From Phoronis australis (taxonomy: Eukaryota > Animalia > Phoronida), in NCBI GenBank assembly GCA_002633005.1, contig NMRA01000755.1, positions 1-64,000 of the forward strand: 64,000 nucleotides of DNA, given 5' to 3'. The notes under the pieces were generated by a model. That model was not told the DNA's origin, ran no database searches, and saw only the letters and a program-made list of their open reading frames with translations. The translations under genes were made by a program, and so were the position numbers. Shown here piece by piece: positions 38,851 to 52,400 of this stretch (positions are counted from its first letter, which is position 1; each line of letters starts with the position of its first letter).

Positions 38851-41800
38851 ATGCATGCAGTTTACACTGTAGCAGTCACCACGATGTGGTGCTGGCTGTG
38901 CGCTGTTGGCCACCGATCTCAGTCACCTCAGGTGAGATATTTAGCTTACCTTCTTATGTAACTTTTCTGATTTTGTGTTCAGCAGTATGCGAGATTTTAT
39001 AGCACAGGAAAGCTTCCGCGATGTATTCTCAAACTTCAATTATACACATTTTGGCACACTCAAGATTAGTGCTTTGCGAGCTTTGTTTAAATCAGTTTGT
39101 CGATTCCAAAGTTTGCAGAATGGCATGTACATGCATAGATGTAGACAGAGACGTTCTGTAAAGACGAGTTAACGGGAATTTTATAGTTTCTTCGATTGCA
39201 TAATTGAAATGTTTGATGAGCCGTACGGTAGCATACTATGTAATTGTTTGACTTCTCATACTGGTGAGAATTTATTCCTATTACACAAAACCGATTTTGC
39301 ATAATGGCTGTGTTGAATGGGCTCTGAACCAGTTTAATGTGTTGGCTGCTTGTGCAGGGCAGCGTGGGCTGCAGTCTGACTACGCAATTACGCCTGTGTG
39401 TACCAGAAAACCATAACATCGACTAGAATCAATATTCTGAAGAGTTATCAGTGTGTACTAATGACCAGTGATAGGTCCCTGCTATATTTGTACGTTCAGA
39501 ACTGTGCCGATGGGGAGAAAACACAAACAACTGGAAATGCATCTATCATGTTGAAATGATGATTTCGGGGCCCAGTTGTAGAAAATGTTTAAAATATTTA
39601 TTCTGCCACTTTTTAAGTGTATAGTCAGTGCGACAAGGGCGTTCAGAGGTGACACTGAAACTACCTGGTTCGCATACTGGCTTAGCAATCACATGCGAAG
39701 TCAAATTACAAAGGGTGACAATTCCCAGAAAATTTGTCGACGGTGGAGTCATGTATTTGATGGTGATCGACCGCGGTTAGTCCGGCCTGCGATATTTCAT
39801 GTCCCCAGTAGATTACCCGGCCTTATTCAAATTAAGTGCAAATTGCCATCTGTTGTCGTCAATAAGGCATGGTTTTGCGCGATAATTAAGGAGTTCCCTT
39901 CGGGGGACGTTCAGCTTCCTTAGCGAGGGCGTCTTATTCCCATGTGTTTCTATCTTAGCTAGGATTTGCCTATGGTAGGACCTGAATTGACATGATCGGA
40001 AAACAACCTGTGTGTTAATAAACATTAAGGTTACGCTTTGGATAACCTCCATGAGAGCAAACTAAAATCGTCTCACTGTTTAAATGCGAGAATAAACATG
40101 CCACCACAATGAGGATCGCTTCATGGCTGACATGCAAGAAATGGTTCACACATCTTCTCAGGTCACCAAACATCGTACGTTGTAATTTAGTCGCAGAGAT
40201 TTATTTTACGACATTGGATAAATGGACTCAAGTTTTCCGAAAAAACACAGAGTTGATGGAATTTGAATCCAGTTCCAGGTCCCAACTTCTCATGGATCTA
40301 TAAACTCATCAGTGAAAATTTTACCTTGTGATGCTGGAACCAGCAAGTGTGTAACACGTCCCGCGCATTCCACTTGGGCATTAGGTATATGAGACCAATG
40401 GAGTAACTTTACATAGATATACTCAGATCAACCGGGCGCTACTGATGGGTGTAAGCCAACTGTCTTCAAGTACACGCAAAACATATAAGTGAGCCTCGTA
40501 CCAGCGAAATATTCGTATCATTAAGGAAATATACAACCATTTATTCAAACTTTTCAGTATTATCTACTTAAGTGCTTTAACTACCAACGCAAAAAAGGTG
40601 AAATAAGTATTGACAAGAATTAATTAACTCTCTCAAAGAAGTGTCATTAATGAGCGGACTATTTGTTTTTGGTGACCCCCGACAAATCGCCTATGCGTTA
40701 ACCTCGGTCCAATCAAAGTTCCGTACTCGATCCAGCTTTGCCTGCTATATGTATGTTCCTCTGGCTTACAGAAAAGTGTCAGGTGTCTATGTTCGGTGTG
40801 GGCACATGGACTTGAATTGAAACTCTTAAATATTTGTCGGTCATATATGGACATTTAATTAGTGGAAAGGAACCTGTCGAACACCGTGCACATTGGTTTA
40901 TATCGCAAAATTGTGAGCAGGCCCCAGTTGCATATAAGTTATGCGTCGTATGGCAACAGTACGTCGTATTATCACGCGTCAGGTTGTTGGTGTTGAACAA
41001 TGCATCTGACGTCATGCAGCAATCAAACTTATCCAGTGGATAATTTTGAACTTTTATGCAACCATGCCTGTTGTTTAAAATCGAGCTCAGTACTGGGAAT
41101 ATAACTTACCGACGCTCGTTGGGACCACACCCAGAAGATTTGTTTTTCCAAATTAAGTATAACGTCTCTGAAAGAAACTGTCCAGACAGAACATATGCGT
41201 TGCAACAAAACGAGCAGAGACCGTCACCTCATCTTGAACTGATTAAGAAAGGATATTACCCGCCTAACATTAGATTTCTATACCCTAGAGGCCGACCTAT
41301 GGGTTTGGATGTCATCAGGGTCTGAGTGCTCAAACCTGAACTACCGTAAAACTTTTAATAGAAACCGGTTTCTATTTGAAGCCTCCCTCTTATATAAGCT
41401 GGGCTTTAAGTACGCTGAAATTAAAGAAGACGGGTTCCCGGTACGTATGGGTTCCCGGTATGTATTGCCATATACATGTACAATCTATTGTTAGAAGTCT
41501 GGACCACGTCTGAAGTTAATAAACGCACCGGCTTCTATTAGAGACTTTATGGTATATATACCGTTTCCACAAAATATTTAGCCACAGGTCCTTCGCATAT
41601 ATCCTAAAATTTGCACTTATGTTTTTCTCATTTCGGGTTGGTTGCTTGAAAGTCAGACCATGTAGTTTCGTCTTTAAATTTCGAATTGACCATTACTCAT
41701 CACCCAGACATACCTAGTGAAGGAGATCTTAGTAGGAAACGAATATTACAAGATTTCACTACATTTAGAAAACTGATAACATTTCTTGTCTTGCAGACAT

Positions 41801-44800
41801 TTGGCAAATTATTTCTGCATCTTGGCTTTTTGTCCAACCCCCACGGCCTCCGGTTGTCACCAAAATTCGTCTCCAGAAAGTTACAGTTAGAGCCTCCACG
41901 TGGCTCCAGCTATTTTTTGTTTAAGAGACATTGTCTACGTGAAAATGGATTTTCTGCGATCTGTCTTAGTGCGGAATTAAACTTACAACCCCAAAGCCAC
42001 GGTCCGCTAACGCTCTGCCGGCTGGCGGAGCTACGTCCCACTCAATAAATGACAATATGTTAAGTGAATTTCTAGCTGGTAAAGTCACCGCCCTTAATTT
42101 CTGCAGTTGCCTTGACATGGACCACAATTAAAAAAGACCACAAGAGCACAACACCTTTTGTTGTACAATAACTCTGGCCAAACCAAATAACTTCAAAATG
42201 TCTATCCCATTCAACAGTTAAATCAAAAATATGCATTTCGGCAGTAAAACCTATTGTTCTTTTCATAGCACACCCCCAGATCACTCAACTGTCCACCCAA
42301 GGAAGTATGGATACCGTGTACTTCAATTATGAAGTCTATTCACTAAAAATAATTAACGATTAGGCTTTACAGCTAAGGGGCAACTTTGTTTTTACACGCA
42401 CCTTTCGCAACTAGGTCAGGTTCAACCGAGTCATAACACCGAGGCCACGTGTCTGGAGCGGAAAGGAATCCACGAAGTTAGACCACAAAAACTTCGCATT
42501 CTCTACTAGAGCTTTTGACTGAAATCATTGATGCAGAAGAAAATTTCCGTCAAAACGTGGTCGTTCAAAGCGGTAATAACGAATATGCGTCTATTTCACA
42601 GATTGAACCTCTTTTAGATACATGTATCAATCAGCATCCGCACCGGCCACTTAACAATAAATAACTTGGATCGATAACATCGGAAACGCGAATGTTTCTT
42701 TCATTATTTATTATTTCTATTCCGCTGTTGTGACTGCTCTCGCCCATAATTACATTTTCCAGGATCTGCTCGCACAAAATTCAAAGTAAAGTTTTGAAAT
42801 AACACAGTGCCCTGAACTCCCATGCTTATTTTCTCTTAACATTCGCTTTACAGGAACTGCTCGAAAGAAACGCAAACCGAAGTGCCATATTTGGACGAGC
42901 CTTATCGTTTGACTGTAAGTATGTCACTCGCTGTACCTTAATTAATCCGTCGTTGCAGCTAACGCAAGCTGGTTTAGACCCCCAGAAAAGTTATATCTCT
43001 TTACATAATTTCAAAATAATCTATCATTTGACGAACGGCTTAAACGAAGTTATAATTAGCACTATTACAATAAGTTATGTAATGGGTTCTCGTTTAAACG
43101 TCTGTGGCGATGGCATATCATCATGTATTGAGTTTCGTAGACGCAAGAATCTCGCGAAGGAAAATTAGTTCGATCACGTGCTTGACGCTTGAAATACACG
43201 GCGACATCTGTGAAATACTTCGTGATCTTAAATGTTTGCGAGTTTCTCACGTCTGCGGAACGCACGCCGGGGCTTTACTGAACGGCGCATAAGCCATACT
43301 GCCCAGCCGGCATCCCGGTTCGTTAATAGCAGCACTAATCTATAACATCTGGGGGGGTTATCTTTTGATGTCCAGGTGAGAAAATATATGAGCTTCATTA
43401 ATAGATGAAAAAATGCAACTTCATCGTCGCATGAATCGCGGCATTAGGGTTTATGGAAATATTGGGAGTCCATCGTATCGCTGAGGTCTGAAGTCAAAGT
43501 TTCGATTTAGCCCCGTGTTCACACGTAAACTGCCGGAAACACGTGCAATGAGACATTCATCTAATTTACTGGCGCTACCTGGTTGACATTGCCACTCCGT
43601 TTATAGCCAAGCACTTCCACGAGGGCGGAGCTTTTTCGGGAATCGCGATGGGCCCCATTTTGTGACTGTGGTTCGAGGAATGCGGACAAAAATTCCGTGT
43701 TTCGGGAATGGAGACTTATTAGGACTGGGATTCATACTAATTTGACACCGGGTATCTGGATAAAAGCAAAATAAAAAACCTGGGAACCAGAAATGGGACC
43801 CCCTTCCTTCCTTCTTTTACGAGCGCTGGTTTTAAACTATAACCAAGTTTCTAAGGAAGCAAAGAAGCCTCCCAGACTTTGTTAGTTAGTGTTACCATGC
43901 TGCTAGTTGTCTCCTGTGCCTTTCTCTCTGATTCCTTAAGCATGTAGGCCTACTCGCCCAAGGCTCAAATTTAGTCTCCGATGCCCTTTTCGAAAACTGT
44001 TTACTTAAGATTCTAGCTCTAGTCAGATATTTTTCTATTGCCGGACAGAAGAGGAAACTAATATAGGAGAGTAGGTCCACAATGCAATGTTCCGTGGCTG
44101 CAGGAGCCTCAATGAGCTCAGTGCACGGGTTACCACCTTTTAACCTGGTAGTCAAGACACTTCATCTGTGGCCAATTTATCCATGACTCTTTCTGACATC
44201 TTAATTTTGCTAAATATAAAAACTTTCAAAATCTCACAATCCGTAAAATGACAAATTGAAAATAAATATCCTTGCCGGTCCACTAGCTCGTAAAACATGA
44301 CCTCGACACGTGTGATAGTACGTATGCAGTCTGGCTGTTCACCGAACTTGCACCCGCGTGTAACTCAAACGTCATTTCCAGGTCAGAATCAGCGACGGCG
44401 TCTTAGGTGTCTAAATACAAGCAAAAAGCACCAAGGCATCATGTACCGTGTGCTAAATACCTGAGACTTCCAGGAATGNTTTACGAACGCTGGTTTTAAA
44501 CTATAACCAAGTTTCTAAGGAAGCAAAGAAGCCTCCCAGACTTTGTTAGTTAGTGTTACCATGCTGCTAGTTATCTCTTGTGCCATTCTCTCTGATTCCT
44601 TTAGCATGTAGGCCTACTCGCCCAAAGGCTCAAATTTAGTCTCCGATGCCCTTTTCGAAAACTGGTTACTTAAGATTCTAGGTCTAGTCAGATATTTTTC
44701 TATTGCCGGACAGAAGAGGAAACTAATATAGGAGAGTAGGTCCACAATGCAATGTTCCGTGGTTGCAGGAGCCTCAATGAGCTCAGTGCACGGGTTACCA

Positions 44801-47800
44801 CCTTTTAACCTGGTAGTCAAGACACTTCATCTGTGGCCAATTTATCCATGACTCTTTCTGACATCTTAATTTTGCTAAATATAAAAACTTTCAAAATCTC
44901 ACAATCCGTAAAATGACAAATTGAAAATAAATATCCTTGCCGGTCCACTAGCTCGTAAAACATGACCTCGACACGTGTGATAGTACGTATGCAGTCTGGC
45001 TGTTCACCGAACTTGCACCCGCGTGTAACTCAAACGTCATTTCCACGTCAGAATCAGCGACGGCGTCTTAGGTGTCTAAATACAAGCAAAAAGCACCAAG
45101 GCATCATGTACCGTGTGCTAAATACCTGAGACTTCCAGGAATGGGGATGAAAGTTTTTGGTTAAAAACAATATTGTCCAACAAAAATACTTGGGGATTCC
45201 ATATGGAAGGGAGTGACTCCATCCGAAGGCAGTAGAGCTTTGTCCAATCTGGAAACGTAGCAACTGAGACAAATTATGACGCACGCGCTACTTGAGACAG
45301 AAGTTGATATCTGTTATAAATTCTATTTTTAATTATTACCTTGAAAACTGCCATGGTATTAACTGTAACGATTGAGCACTGATTGTTTTTATTTTTTCTT
45401 TTAGGGGACTTCAGAGAAGGTGAAGGTAAACTTGGCGTTACTTCTTGGAAAGCTAATGTGACCACGTGTTTTGCTTGTAGTACATGACGGTATCTCAGAA
45501 AGTCTTGCGTGACCTTGCGTTTTCATGAGGTTCTCGCTGCGTCTGCGGAACGCGGCGCCAGGTCTTTTCTAGGTCTGCTAATTCAGTTACACTAGACCAT
45601 CTCTACCCCGTGGCCCGTATACTGCGAAGGGTATTGGTTCCGAAAAGAAAAGAATAGTCCCAATTTCAATTTGGTTATCTTAAAGCTTTGTAATGAAAAT
45701 CCACCTTCCAAGAGGAGCCCTCGTTCCTACCTGTCCGAAACCTGGATTTCACAAATAGCAAGTAAAGCTGCTGCGTGACTAGTAAGAAATATTTCATTAA
45801 AATAAAGTATATAAATTGTTTTTTGCATAAACTGCAGGGTTAAGTATAGATAAAGTCGGGATGAAAGCTGTGCCTCGTTTTTTTTCAGAGCCGCCTATGA
45901 AAGAAACAATAGATATTCGGTATGCGAAAGAAGTCACAGAAACTATCAGTATTGTTTTTAAAGCATTCAACAAGAAATGGAACATTTCAGCTAGAAAAAA
46001 CGACATGCTATTGAGTGACAAATTGTCGTTTGAGTTTCGAACTATTGACGGCCAGGTGCTACACAGATCTCACGGACCTCGAGATTGCTTCTATATTGGA
46101 ACAGCCGATGCCAGTCAACACGAGGCCGGCTTGGCTGCTGTCACCACGTGCAATGGCGTTATGGTAAGATTTCATGATCAGAGCTCAAGTTATTTTGATT
46201 GAAGATGTTTGTGTAATTCAACGCAATAGACTCACTCTCAGTTGAACTGTCTTTTTTATTGGCGGAAGAATCAGAATGCATGACTGGTATACTTTTCAAG
46301 ACTCTTGAGTTGCATATCCGTCCAGCACCGATATTTGCTAATTTATTGGTGTCAAAACTACACCTCGAAACACGAATACAATACAATGATGAATAACATA
46401 TGAAATAGTGATTTGTACATTTGCATGCGAAGAATCAGGACAAATGTTTGACACGCGCGTTATATTGTAGGTAAACACCTTAGGGGTTTGACAGTGGTGC
46501 TTTTGACGGAGATAGTCTTGATTGAGGTCATTCCAGGGAAATCTACTTCAAAACAACACTTCCCTTCATGTTCGAGTATTTATACAACCATTTAAAATGA
46601 CTGTTGGAAAACCAATGTCCCCATGAACACTTTAGACGCTTGTTCACGACGTAACATCTCGCCAATCACTCGTAACCTGAAGTGGTGAGGTGCAGACGTG
46701 GTGAAAAGGGATAGAACTATTTTATACGCCATTAAAGAGTCCTCATGACCACTCTTGCTGTTTGACTGTAAGGGCCATATAGGCACTCAACGCTCTTTGG
46801 CCACTGCTAAGAGTCTCATGGTTAGACCACCGAAATTACTAAAACCACTTCCAAAATGTCCGTGATGAATGAGCAAATCTGGAGATTTGAAAAAGCACAT
46901 AATTTCATATGTCTACAAAGTCTGCTCTCAAGCAGGGTCCATGTGCCAGACTTTATTAACTGATTTATGAAGAGGTCTTGACTTCGACAATACTTATCGA
47001 GCCACTCAAACAGAATTACGTAACTGAGAGGACCCTCGGGGATCGCGGGAATAGTGCTCTCACCGAAGGCTTGGATCACGTAGAGATGGTGTCCGTTTTC
47101 GAGCTTTGAAAAATGCCACACTACCCGACTTGTGGTGCCACCCTGCCATACGGGTTTGTGTAAATCGTAACAACGACAATTATTTCCGACGCCAGGGAAC
47201 TTTGTGCTCGAATATACATGTAACTCAGTTGCCCCATTGAGACAATGTGTCTTAAAGTCGCTGTCAACAATGTTCTTGTGTTAAAAAACATCAATTCTTT
47301 TCATGCGCATTTGCTCTTCCAGAGCAACGCCATCAGCTGTGCGATGTTTCTATTCGTTAGTCGAATCAAGAGATCGGTTACAACAAATCGTCTGGAATTG
47401 CGGTGTCGGTTAGCCTGTGGCCATACTGCTTTGGATGCGCGCACCCAGCCTAAAAATGGGGGCTCGCGTTCTTGAGAATGCACTTTTTACTAAGATTCAC
47501 GGTGTACGTTCACAGCTATGAATTGTGCATTCGCCAAATTTTGGTAGTTTCTGCCTTTTTAGGGGATTTTTGTCTCGTTTTCTGCTTTTTCAGACCTTTC
47601 TGCTCACTCCGCCAAATGGGGAGGCTCAGTCGTTCGAACCCCCCGAGCCCACCCTGGGTGCGCGCATGCTTTGTTACGTTATCGGGCTTCGTCTGAAGTA
47701 ATAAAAACCTCTCAGTTCTTCTCAAGCATAGAGTTTCAAGTATTCTAGGCCTTCTGCATCAAACTATCTTTGATTTATGCGACTCGTATTTCTCCCTACT

Positions 47801-49373
47801 GAGATTAAAATTGACTTCCAGGCTTGAGAAGAACTGTGCTGACGTCATTGCTTCAGGCCATGTCCATGAAGTTGCTTTTCGCGGCGACTAGTGAATTTCC
47901 ACCTCCAAGGCAGGATCGTGACGTCAGAGGAATTTCGAACGGTTTATTTGTAACCAATTTCAATTTAAGCTTAGGATAATAACCTGGTGGCGATTCAATG
48001 TAAGAAAGTTTATATTTTGATAACAAGAACATCGTATACGAGGGCTTAAGTGTCCAGGAACGCGTCCAAACTTGTAAGATCTACATGTACAGGTTTGAAT
48101 GTGCGTTACTCATCCACTTATAGCATAATGCAAAACAAAAATAAACCAATTTCTCACTACTTTATGTGGCGTCCCCATCTCGTAGAAGTCTCCGAGATGG
48201 GAACCTTACGTAATCATTTATATAAATTAAGTTCCGAAATTGACTTCAGTAATTTTGTTTTGCGTCTACAGGTTTGGTTTCAGGTCTACTGTGTGTTCGT
48301 AATACAGTTTCTACGGGTTTCAAATTAATATATCTGGTCACCATTCGGAATGGCTTATGCCGGTTAATTTTTCTCTACTGTAGAGGGCTCTCATCATTAC
48401 CAATCTCAATGATTACGTCATCATTCCAACTTCAGGCAGTTTGACCCGACGCAGGTTGCAACGTGACCTTAAAGAGAAATACATGATACAAGTAGCAAAT
48501 TTAACAGAGTTCGGTAAGTGTTGCAACACTCCTTGTCATTCTTAATTTCCACCTCTGTTTTTTTCTTGTACACTAGTTTGAGACTTAACCGTTGCAGCAA
48601 CTGCAAAACCTATTTTCCGTTTTTTATTGAGGTTAATGAGTGTGTTACTTTTTAATCAAACTACTTTATCTGTTTATGTGGAAAACAATTAAAATGGTAG
48701 GTTCTGAAAAATGAGTCATCATCATATATCATGCCCAGTCCATTAAAACCCGTGTCATGCGAATGTCGTATGCGAATGGGTTGAAATCTGTCAATGTATA
48801 CATGTATGTACAAGTGCATTCCTAAAAGTTGCTTTATGTTAAACTTGTAGGATAGATCTACTTATTCCAATGCGTAGCTACCCGTCAGTTTAGGGATTCG
48901 TATTCTTGAACAATGCTTCGTTCTTTACAGAAACATATCTTAAAGAAAGGGGTTTTAGAAGCTCAAACACAAGTGTTCCCCGCCGTTTTAGGCGCGATGA
49001 GTTCGCAGACGTTGTTCTAGCGCCTCTGCCGCCACCTACCGGTCGAGCTGTGTACGTAGAAGTTGGCGCAATCTTCGATCAGGTACACTGTATATAATAA
49101 GCTGCGCTGTTCCATGGTAAGGTAGCACATTTCCTAACAGCACTCATATGTTTTGATACACGCTTTCTATGGTATCAAAAGGAATGATTTACATACAGTT
49201 AGACTGAAATATACTCCAAAAACGGCTCCGGCGTGAGTGGTCTGTTTGTCATGAAACATCTCGGGTAAAGTACTCGCGCGTTCCTTTCAGGATGCCTTGA
49301 TTACATGGCGTAAAAGCAACCTGTGAACTTGGAAAGCTCATTTGCTGAAAATCTTCTCCGTGTACCTGGATTT

Positions 49374-49417
<44 letters not shown>

Positions 49418-52400
49418 ACATTAATCTTGGAATAGTATCAAAACTGCATTTCGCCCGCTCAATGACACTATAAAGACCTTTTGTGTAAATACGGGACTTG
49501 CTGCACTGCTATCTTTCCTGAAAAGGATCAACACAACAATTTTAAAACTCCATGCACAAAACCATAATTTTGGTATGTTACCTGGGGTTAGTCGGAGTCT
49601 TATATCCACTGGATGCCTTTGTTACCAAGGTCACATTTCCGGTTACCACATTACGAAGCCTCTAGTTGTCTCCCAAGATGTACCCCGTGAATAGATTTTT
49701 ATGGTATTTGATTTCTTAACATTCTTTTCCAGTATTACATTCAAGATTTTAAGAATATGATGTCAACCAAAAAGGATGATATTTACATTCATGCTGCGGA
49801 GGTGTTTAATTTTGTAAGTATGCTCGGTTTTTATTTTGCAAATAGGGCTAGAAAAAACAGAAAGGGCTGTGAATGAAATTTCTTAACACGTGCCATTAAA
49901 CTTTTGGAAATTCAACATTAAATTACGCATGCATGTGGTGTTGGAGCTTCATCACCATGCTTTTGAAGTGTCTTATTGACAAAGTTGTGTTGTTGCTCCA
50001 AATAAGCAACATATAAGGATATGCTATCTACGCCTCTGGGGACACATCGTAAGCAGTGTTCGAGCTTCACCTAATAAATGTTCTGGCCCGCCTGGCCAGT
50101 TACTTTAACTGAATATGAGACCACATCCATATAGGGCCTAGGTGTTAAAGTTTAGTGGCCAGGCCGCAAATCCGCTGGCCCCGGGCCAACGTTCATATAT
50201 ATGTTTCGAACGCTGATCGTAAGCACGGGTACAGGTATGCCTGGACAAATTTAACGTCTCAATCTGACTACACGGCGACTCATGCTGAATTTTCCGTAGC
50301 TGAAGTGAAATAACTTGTATAACTCGTCATGCAAGTTGATCAATACTATATACATGTACAGGTACATGTAAGTAATCAATTGAATATGGTATTCAAGAAC
50401 TTATAAGTCTCAAGATTTGCCTGTAAAAACTTAGATGTCGTACAGGCACTTTGTATGGTACCATGTCGAATCACTGATTGTGTGAATAATTTTATGACAA
50501 ACTGACACGGAGCGTGGTCCTTTTCTAGGCTCAACTTTGGTTCATTCACCCCACCTTCGGTTTCCAAGTATGGCTCACGTTGAGAACAGTTGTTTTCGTG
50601 GAAGATGACATTGTTGGTGGACTGGACCATAAAAATGTGGTAAGAAAATGAATTTGAATAAATAACCTCCAAATACATCCATTCATATTAAAGAGGCATG
50701 GAACGCGAAAGGGCGACACTTCGCGTTTAGTCTTCCTAACACTCAGAGACAGGGCACTGATCAAGCCCGGCGAGTTCATTAATATAGGCGGATATTTCAT
50801 ACTCAGAATGCCGTGTGCAATATAGTGGCATTTGTTTACCCGCGAACATGACCAAGAATCCCCAGTTTGTAAATGCTGGAGATACAACTAGGAAAGGAAG
50901 CGGTTTAAGAATCCATCCAGATACAGCCAAATGGCGATTGTGTGGGTTGGTGAAAAGTGACCCTGCGAATATTTTTCATCATTGTGGTTGCAGTGTTACG
51001 GCACGTAGGCAAGTACATGTAATGCTTTAGAATTCAAATATGGTTGCCTACTGACAGAATTACCTTAAAACCCCAGAGGCAACATTAAAACGAATGCATT
51101 CTAAATAGTGACAATTTCCGCAAAATCGACTGAAGAAGTTAGAACGACGACAACGGTGCTAGTGACACCAACGTTCGGATATCGACATCGATGACGACCC
51201 TGAAGCCTTTGACGCCAATGCCGAACGTGATGCCACCGCAAACTACAACACCACTGCTGTCCTCGCACCGCCCACCCTGTCGATAACGCCAAAGCCAGTG
51301 ACAAAATTGACGACGCCAACGAGCTGACAAAATCCTGGCCCCAAGAACGGAAGTTGGCACAGACGAAAACGACCACGTAGGCGCCACCGGCACCTCGATG
51401 CCACTGCTGATTACGCTATGGTCAACAATGATGCCGTCACCAACGACGACGATGACGACTTAAGCCGTCATACAACATACGCTGAAAGCAGCGGTAGATT
51501 ATGAGGTTCTAAAATGTTCTTGTAATTATAATGTCTACGACGATGGGGACGAATGCCGTAATGACAAGAAATGTGGCAACGGTGACTGCAAAAGTAACGG
51601 AAGTCAACCGACAAAACAATGAAAAATGACCAGACATTGAAAGGGCAGGCGACGGAAAGCCTCAGATAGCTCGAGAAAGGAAAACCATTGCAAGAAACGT
51701 GTGTAGCATTTATAACCATTGAAGAGGTCCACCAGGAAACCGAACTGCAAAAAAGATGTATTGAAGAACTATGGTTTTATATTTCCGTAATCTAAAGGCA
51801 TATAAAAATTAATTGAGTCGAAAGCTGGTTGCACAGAGATCGGTAGATTGGTGTATCCATTGTTCACGTGACATAATAAAGATAGTGAAAAGCATTCCGC
51901 GGTAACCGGCAGATGTACAGTGTACGCCCAAGGTACGATATCCATTCGATCTGTATCGTTGTGTCCGACAACGGTGCAACAAAGGAAACAACGATAGCGT
52001 CCCATAAGAAATAACCATGCGACGCGCATACGCCCCTCTCATGGATGTTGGAAGTTAAACAATGCCTTGCGAGCTCCACACCAGGTCATTTGGCATGGTC
52101 TGGTTATCGGACATAACTTAAGGATTTATCGTGCAAATTAGAATAAACGTATTGAGCCCATGTATTCGCATCCTCTAAGACTACTGGTTCATGCTCTAGA
52201 AATGTCTCATGACCAGTGTCATCAGTAAATTTCAAGTAACACGATCGAGAAGGGCGAGTCCTAGCGGGGAAAACCATACCACAGTGGTGATAGCTCTTGA
52301 CGAGATTTCTTAAGACATCAAATTTCTGTCATATACGTAAAAGAGTATATGGAGTTATTTGTCCGTACAGTAAAGACTGAAACTGCTAGAGACAGCGCCA

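Noticed and set aside
43816-45143. 660-bp tandem duplication with twin ORFs (MTTRLKGGNPCTEL...)
   Set aside because: The copies abut a single N and differ at allele-like levels, so this is most likely two haplotypes joined at a scaffold gap. The ORFs have no recognisable motif and differ by a frameshift.
51101-51470. GC-rich ORFs in protease intron 8
   Set aside because: Degenerate (GAC/GCC/ACC)n low-complexity sequence. The flanking exons join without it.
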